Below are positions 55,785 through 64,000 of a stretch of 64,000 nucleotides of DNA, one piece after another. Made by a program: the position numbers and the translations under genes. Below the pieces are notes generated by a model that saw only the letters and a program-made list of their open reading frames with translations, ran no database searches and was not told where the DNA came from. Numbering within the stretch: the first letter of the stretch is position 1; every line of letters starts with the position of its first letter. The DNA is from Polyangiales bacterium (GTDB taxonomy: Bacteria; Myxococcota_A; Polyangia; Polyangiales; JADJQN01): assembly GCA_964202905.1 (NCBI GenBank), contig CAXNJO010000003.1:544001-608000 (forward strand), written 5' to 3'.

Positions 55785-56504
55785 ATGACCGCGCCACGCC
55801 CTGTCCGCCGCAAGCCCGTCGCCGCACCGCTGGCCTCCTCGCGCACGCTCGCGCGCCCGCTCGCACCGCACGCCGTCACGGACGCGCCGCGCGGCTATCC
55901 GACGGCCGCCGCGCTCTTCGCCTCGGGCGGGCTCACGACGCAGCTCGGCGCCTCGCTGCGCGCGCTGCTCGGCCCCGCGGCGCTGATGGGCGCCGTGGGC
56001 GTCGCCGGCTGCGGGCCGCTCGACGCGCCGCCGAAGGCGGATCCCGCCGCAGACGTCTCGCCGGGCGACGCGAAGACGCCGCCCGACAAACCGGACGATG
56101 CCGCATCACCGCCGGACGACGCGCCGGTCTCGGGGACGCCCTCCATCGTGCTCACGCCGCTGCCGCCTCAGCCGCCTCCGATCCGGCCGCCCGTGCCGCA
56201 GGACGTCGACACCGGCCGCCCGCCACCCCGTCCGTGGACGCCGCCGGTCGTCTCCGGTCCGCTGCCGCCTCTGGTGCGCCCCCCGATCGCGCGCGGCGTC
56301 ATGCAGCACGTCGAGCCCGAGCCCCCGAGGCCGGAGCCCATGCCCCCGCGGCCCGAGCCGATCCTCCCGCGTCGGGACCCGATCCCGCTCGCGGGCGCGC
56401 CGATGCCCGTGCATCCGCCCCCGCTGCCGCCGCCTCCGATCCATCCTGCCCCCCACGCCCCGCAGGCGCCGGGGCGCATCATGGTGCGCCCGGACGTCGA
56501 ATGA
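55785..56504 (+). CDS. Proline-rich putative lipoprotein, candidate radical SAM substrate
   Basis: Tail of ORF 52506..56504; GGAG RBS before ATG 55785; PRGYPT, VAGC lipobox (Cys76), Pro-rich body with repeated G..M motifs. Confidence 0.75.
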   Translation: MTAPRPVRRKPVAAPLASSRTLARPLAPHAVTDAPRGYPTAAALFASGGLTTQLGASLRALLGPAALMGAVGVAGCGPLDAPPKADPAADVSPGDAKTPPDKPDDAASPPDDAPVSGTPSIVLTPLPPQPPPIRPPVPQDVDTGRPPPRPWTPPVVSGPLPPLVRPPIARGVMQHVEPEPPRPEPMPPRPEPILPRRDPIPLAGAPMPVHPPPLPPPPIHPAPHAPQAPGRIMVRPDVE

Positions 56505-56608
56505 CCGCGTCGTGCGGCGCCTGCCTCTGACCGCGCCGATCGCCGTGCGAAACAGGCCGATCACGCCGTGCGACGCGGCGCGGAGCGCGTGCTAGCGTCG
56601 CCCCGGCC

Positions 56609-57775
<1,167 letters not shown>

Positions 57776-57778
57776 CGG

Positions 57779-59290
57779 ATGCGGAGGGGATTCGTGGCGG
57801 TCGTGCTCGCGGCCGGGCAAGGCACGCGCATGAAGAGCGCGCTGCCGAAGGTGCTGCACCCGCTCTGCGGGCGCGCGCTCGTCGCGTGGCCGGTACTCGC
57901 CGCGCTCGAGGCGGGGGCGGCGCGCGTGGTGGTCGTCGTCGGGCACGGACGCGACGCGGTCGAAGCCGCGCTCGCCACGCGCTTCCCGGAGCACACGCGC
58001 GACGGGCGCGTGACGACCGCCGTGCAGCAGCGGCAGCTCGGCACGGGCGACGCGGTGCGCTCGGCGCTCCCCGCGCTCGCCGACGTGGCCGATCGCGACT
58101 ACGTCGTCGTCCTCTGCGGTGACACCCCGCTGCTGCGGCACGAGGCGCTCGAGGCGCTCCTCGACACCACCGCGCAGGCCGGTGCGCGCTGCGGGATGCT
58201 CACGGGCACCGTCGACGACCCGACCGGCTACGGCCGCATCGTGCGTGACGCGGGCGGCCGCGTCGTCGCCATCCGCGAGCACCGCGACGCGACCCCGGAA
58301 GAGCGCGCGATCCGCGAGATGAACCCCGGCGTCTACGCCGTCGAGAAGTCCTTCCTCACGCACGCGATCGCCGCGCTCGACACGAAGAACGCGCAGGGCG
58401 AGCTCTACCTGACCGACGTCGTCGCGCGCGCCGCCACCGAAGACGCCGCGGGCGTCGCCGCGCAGCCGTGGACGATGGAGGACCTGCACGGCGTCAACGA
58501 TCGCTTCGACCTCGCGCGCGCCGAGTCGCTCTTGCGCGCGCGCATCCTGCGCGACCTCGGGCGGAGCGGCGTGACGGTGCGCGACCTCGCGGCGACCTAC
58601 GTCGACGCGGAGGTCGTCGTCGAGCCCGACGTCACGCTCGAGCCCGGCGTGGTGCTGCGCGGCCGCACGCGCGTCGGCGCGGGCGCACGCCTCGACGTCG
58701 GCTGCGTGCTCGAGGACGTCGTCGTCGCGCCCGGTGCGCGCCTGCGTCCGTACACCATCGCGACCGACAGCACGATCGGCGAGCGCGCCCAGGTCGGCCC
58801 CTTCTCGCACCTGCGCCCGCGCTCCGCGCTCGGCCCCGACGCGCACGTCGGGAACTTCGTCGAGACCAAGGCGACGACGCTCGGCGCGCGCAGCAAGGCG
58901 AACCACCTCGCCTACCTCGGAGATGGTGTCGTCGGCGAGGACGTGAACATCGGCGCGGGCACGATCTTCTGCAACTACGACGGCTTTCAAAAGCACGTGA
59001 CGCGCCTGGAGGACGGCGCGTTCATCGGCTCGGACTCCCAGCTCGTCGCCCCCGTGACGGTGGGTCGCGGCGCCTACGTCGCGACGGGCACGACCGTCAC
59101 GCGCGACGTGCCCGCGGACGCGCTCGCGATCGGCCGCACGAAGCAGGAGAACAAGGCCGGCTACGCCTCACGCCTGCGCGCGACCATGAAGGCGAAGAAG
59201 GACGCCGCGGCCCGCGGCGCAGTGAACCCGAGCGCCGTGAACCCCGACGCGGGCCCCGTGGCCGCCCCGAAGAAGGACGAGACCCCATGA
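57779..59290 (+). CDS. glmU: Bifunctional UDP-GlcNAc pyrophosphorylase/glucosamine-1-P acetyltransferase
   Basis: LAAGQGTRMKS, QLGTG, GYGRIVR, ELYLTD, GNFVE, HLAYLGD, NYDG. Confidence 0.98.
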   Translation: MRRGFVAVVLAAGQGTRMKSALPKVLHPLCGRALVAWPVLAALEAGAARVVVVVGHGRDAVEAALATRFPEHTRDGRVTTAVQQRQLGTGDAVRSALPALADVADRDYVVVLCGDTPLLRHEALEALLDTTAQAGARCGMLTGTVDDPTGYGRIVRDAGGRVVAIREHRDATPEERAIREMNPGVYAVEKSFLTHAIAALDTKNAQGELYLTDVVARAATEDAAGVAAQPWTMEDLHGVNDRFDLARAESLLRARILRDLGRSGVTVRDLAATYVDAEVVVEPDVTLEPGVVLRGRTRVGAGARLDVGCVLEDVVVAPGARLRPYTIATDSTIGERAQVGPFSHLRPRSALGPDAHVGNFVETKATTLGARSKANHLAYLGDGVVGEDVNIGAGTIFCNYDGFQKHVTRLEDGAFIGSDSQLVAPVTVGRGAYVATGTTVTRDVPADALAIGRTKQENKAGYASRLRATMKAKKDAAARGAVNPSAVNPDAGPVAAPKKDETP

Positions 59291-60129
59291 CGAGCGGCTG
59301 GCTGGAGCACCCCTGGAAGAGCGTGCGCGTCGCGCGCCGCGACCCCGGCATCGTGACCGTCACGCTCTGCGGGCCCGGCCGCGGCAACGCGCTCGGGCCG
59401 GATTTCTGGCGCGACATGCCCGCGCTCTTCGCCGATCTCGATCGTGACGAGGGCGTGCGCGTGATCGTGATCCGCGGGAGCGGCGATCACTTCTCGTACG
59501 GACTCGATCTCCTCGGCATGATGCCCGAGCTCGGCCCGCTGCTCGCCGGTGCGCCCCTCGCGGCCGGCCGCACGAAGCTGCTGCGCCTCATCGAGGACAT
59601 GCAGCAGGCCTGCGACCGCGTCGCGCGCTGCCGGCGGCCGGTGATCGCGGCGATCCACGGTTGGTGCATCGGCGGCGGGCTCGATCTCGCGGCGGCGTGC
59701 GACGTGCGGCTCGCCTCGCGCGAGGCGAAGATCTCGCTCCGCGAGGTGCGCCTCGCCATGGTCGCGGACATCGGCTCGCTGCAGCGTCTGCCGCGCATCG
59801 TCGGCGCGGGCCACGTGCGCGAGCTCGCCTACACGGGCAAGGACATCGACGCCGCGCGCGCCGAGCGCATCGGGCTCGTCAACGAGGTCTTCGACACGCC
59901 GGACGCGCTCTTCGCCGCGGCCGACGGGCTCGCGGACGAGATCGCGACGCAGTCACCGCTCGTCACGAGCGGCATCAAGCAGGTCCTCGACTACTGCGAG
60001 GACAAGAGCACCGGCGACGGCCTCCGCTACGTGGCCGCCTGGAACGCCGCGTTCCTGCAGTCGAACGACCTCGCCGAGGCGCTGCAGGCCTTCATGGCGA
60101 AGCGCCCGCCGCAGTTCAAGGGAGACTGA
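59287..60129 (+). CDS. Crotonase/enoyl-CoA hydratase (delta3,5-delta2,4-dienoyl-CoA isomerase-like)
   Basis: FSYGLDL, PVIAAIHGWCIGGGLDL, ADIGSLQRLP; ATGA overlap with glmU. Confidence 0.92.
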   Translation: MTSGWLEHPWKSVRVARRDPGIVTVTLCGPGRGNALGPDFWRDMPALFADLDRDEGVRVIVIRGSGDHFSYGLDLLGMMPELGPLLAGAPLAAGRTKLLRLIEDMQQACDRVARCRRPVIAAIHGWCIGGGLDLAAACDVRLASREAKISLREVRLAMVADIGSLQRLPRIVGAGHVRELAYTGKDIDAARAERIGLVNEVFDTPDALFAAADGLADEIATQSPLVTSGIKQVLDYCEDKSTGDGLRYVAAWNAAFLQSNDLAEALQAFMAKRPPQFKGD

Positions 60130-60171
60130 ACCAGCGCCGGATTCCCCTGCAAGTCCGAGGGGATGGCGCGT

Positions 60172-62168
<1,997 letters not shown>

Positions 62169-62169
<1 letters not shown>

Positions 62170-63110
62170 CAGAAGGTCACCATCGGACCCGACACCGGCT
62201 GATCTCCCTGGGTCCCCGGGACGAGGAGCACGATCACGATCGCGGCCGCGACGAGCGCAACCCCGCCCCCGATCACCCAAGGCCACGGCGACATGCCGCC
62301 GCCCTCGTCGCTCGGCGCGCCACCCGCCGGCGCCTGCGCGGCCGCACCGCCCGTCGCCGCATCGCCCGCGCCCTCGGCGCGCGTCTCGACCGTCACCGCC
62401 GCGACGGCCGAGGCGATCGTCATGCGGAGCGGCGCGGCGTCGGTGCCCGCCGTCGCGAGCACGGCGCCGCCCGGCCCGACAGCCTCCGCGACGAACTCCA
62501 CCGTGGCGCCCGCTGCCGCGGGGAACTCGAGCGACGCCCGCTCCGAGCGTCGCCACACGCCGCCGGCGGTGCGAGCACGCACGCGCAACGCCTGCACGAG
62601 GCCGGCGTTGTCGTCGGTCACGCGGGCGACGAGGCGCGTGCCGCCGGGCATCACGGCCGCCTCGACGTCGACGCGCAGGAGCGCCGTGACCCGTGCGACC
62701 GCCTGCTCGTAGGCCCGACGCACCGGGGGCGGCGCCGAGCGGGGCAGGCGCACCTCGCGGTCGAGGTTGGCGAGGCGGAACGCGTCCGCCTCGAGGTCCT
62801 CGGGGTGCCGCATCGCGTGGTGCACCATCGCGCGGCGCGTGTAGAGCTGAACGATGTCGTCGCGGGTCAGGTCCGTCGCCTGCTCGGCGCGCGCGAACGC
62901 GTCGAGGGCGCCCTGGAAATCAGCCTCTTCGTACTTGCGCTTGCCTTCTTCGATGAGGGGGTGTGCGAGCGCGACCGCGGGCGCGAGCACGACGAGCACG
63001 AGCGCCCACAGCGCGGCGAACGCACGCACCGCGCCGACGCCGAGCGCCCACGGAGCGACCGTCCGCTTGTGCGTCGCGCGCCCGGAGGCGCCTGCATCCC
63101 GGATTGGCAT
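62169..63110 (-). CDS. Secreted TPR-like protein with C-terminal membrane anchor
   Basis: Signal peptide, EEGKRKYEEADFQGALDAF TPR-like helix, PWPWVIGGGVALVAAAIVIV TM. Confidence 0.78.
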
Positions 63111-63244
63111 CGCGCGGAGATACTAGATCACCTGCACCGCCCCGCGCCATCGATCCGCACAACCCGCGAGATGCGGGCGCGCAGCGCGGCTGCGAGTGGT
63201 TCGCGGATCCATCCCGGGCGCGACCATGGTAGCGTCGCCGGCCG

Positions 63245-63721
63245 ATGAGTCGTCCAGCCGCCTCCCGCTCCGGGCGACGCCCCTCCCGGGGCGCGCTCGT
63301 CCCCCTCACCCTCCTCCCGGCGGCGCTGCTCCTCGCCGTCGCGTGCTCCGGCAGCGGGCGCGACGCCCCGGAAGCGCCGGCCGCGCCGCGCGCCAACGCC
63401 GAGTCGCCGACCCCGGCGCCCGCGCCCGCGCCCAGCCCCGCGCCGACGCCGAACCCCGCACAGCCCGCGGAGATCGCCGCGGTCGAGAGCTGGGACGCCG
63501 CGGGCATCGCGGTCGAGCGCCTCCTCGACGGCTCGATCCGCCTGCGCGGCGTGGATCGCTGGGGCGTCCGCGTCGACACGGTCTACGCCGACGCGACGTA
63601 CTTCGCGAACGCCGTCCCGGTGTTTTCACGCGGTCTCACCGACGAGCAAGCCCGCGCGGTCACCGCGCTCGTCCCCCGTGTGCGCACGGCCGCAGGTACG
63701 CCCCCCGCACCGGCGCCGTGA
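63245..63721 (+). CDS. Hypothetical lipoprotein
   Basis: LLLAVAC lipobox, Pro/Ala linker, short globular domain. Confidence 0.7.
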   Translation: MSRPAASRSGRRPSRGALVPLTLLPAALLLAVACSGSGRDAPEAPAAPRANAESPTPAPAPAPSPAPTPNPAQPAEIAAVESWDAAGIAVERLLDGSIRLRGVDRWGVRVDTVYADATYFANAVPVFSRGLTDEQARAVTALVPRVRTAAGTPPAPAP

Positions 63722-63999
63722 GCCTCCGGCGCGCACGCGCCAGGCTGGCCCTCGCCGCGTTCGCCACACTCTTCGCGGCGGCCGTCACCGTCCCGGCGCG
63801 CGCGCAGCAGGGCCCCGCGCCGACCCTCGGGGTGAACCCGCAGCGCGTCGGAGCCGTCGCGCCGGAGCACGGCATCCATCACGCGGGGATGGCGCCTGCG
63901 CTCGAGGATCGCTCGAACGTCGCCGACGAGATCGAGTGGGTCGAGGAGCGCAGGGAGTGGTTCCGTGGGCCGGACCTCGAGCTCTTCGGGACGCAGGGC
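63718..63999 (+). CDS. Secreted hypothetical protein, runs off right edge
   Basis: GTG overlapping the previous stop: VSLRRARARLALAAFATLFAAAVTVPARAQQ... signal peptide; open to the window end. Confidence 0.6.
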   Translation, partial: MSLRRARARLALAAFATLFAAAVTVPARAQQGPAPTLGVNPQRVGAVAPEHGIHHAGMAPALEDRSNVADEIEWVEERREWFRGPDLELFGTQG

Positions 64000-64000
64000 G

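Noticed and set aside
45994..56504. Very long ORFs 45994..49482, 47685..50867, 49583..52369 and 52506..56504 as multidomain proteins
   Set aside because: Stop-poor GC-rich frames; only their C-terminal parts (tldD, pmbA, OYE, Pro-rich lipoprotein) are protein-like.

Overview
Very GC-rich chromosomal segment. The gene content points to a myxobacterium (Myxococcota, probably Polyangia/Sandaracinaceae-like; this is inference): three intact Hanks-type Ser/Thr kinases plus a pseudokinase, PEGA, RCC1 and Cys-rich lipoproteins, a class II DAHP synthase and ccsA-hemA-hemC. About 50 real CDSs are present. Housekeeping genes include astA, dtd, hemA, hemC, trxA, dut, pnp, rpsO, tldD, pmbA, coaE and glmU. 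Most long ORFs in the track are antisense or off-frame shadows. I saw no tRNA, rRNA, CRISPR array, transposase or integrase. Most notable items: (1) a radical SAM/SPASM gene followed by a Pro-rich lipoprotein with a very long leader and repeated Gly..Met motifs, a candidate lipoprotein-modification (RiPP-like) system; (2) a two-gene PlsA/PlsR (Ger)-like operon, suggesting O2-independent plasmalogen or ether-lipid synthesis, with a divergent TetR and a 22-bp operator palindrome; (3) a lipoprotein whose 28 core cysteines are mirror-symmetric, suggesting a disulfide-ladder hairpin; (4) a ~210-nt multibranch RNA-like structure after trxA; (5) two frameshifts at simple repeats; (6) a PhoB-like regulator with Glu at the phospho-Asp; (7) recurrent TAnnnT motifs 6-11 nt before start codons. 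All calls are by eye from motifs; no database search or folding program was run.
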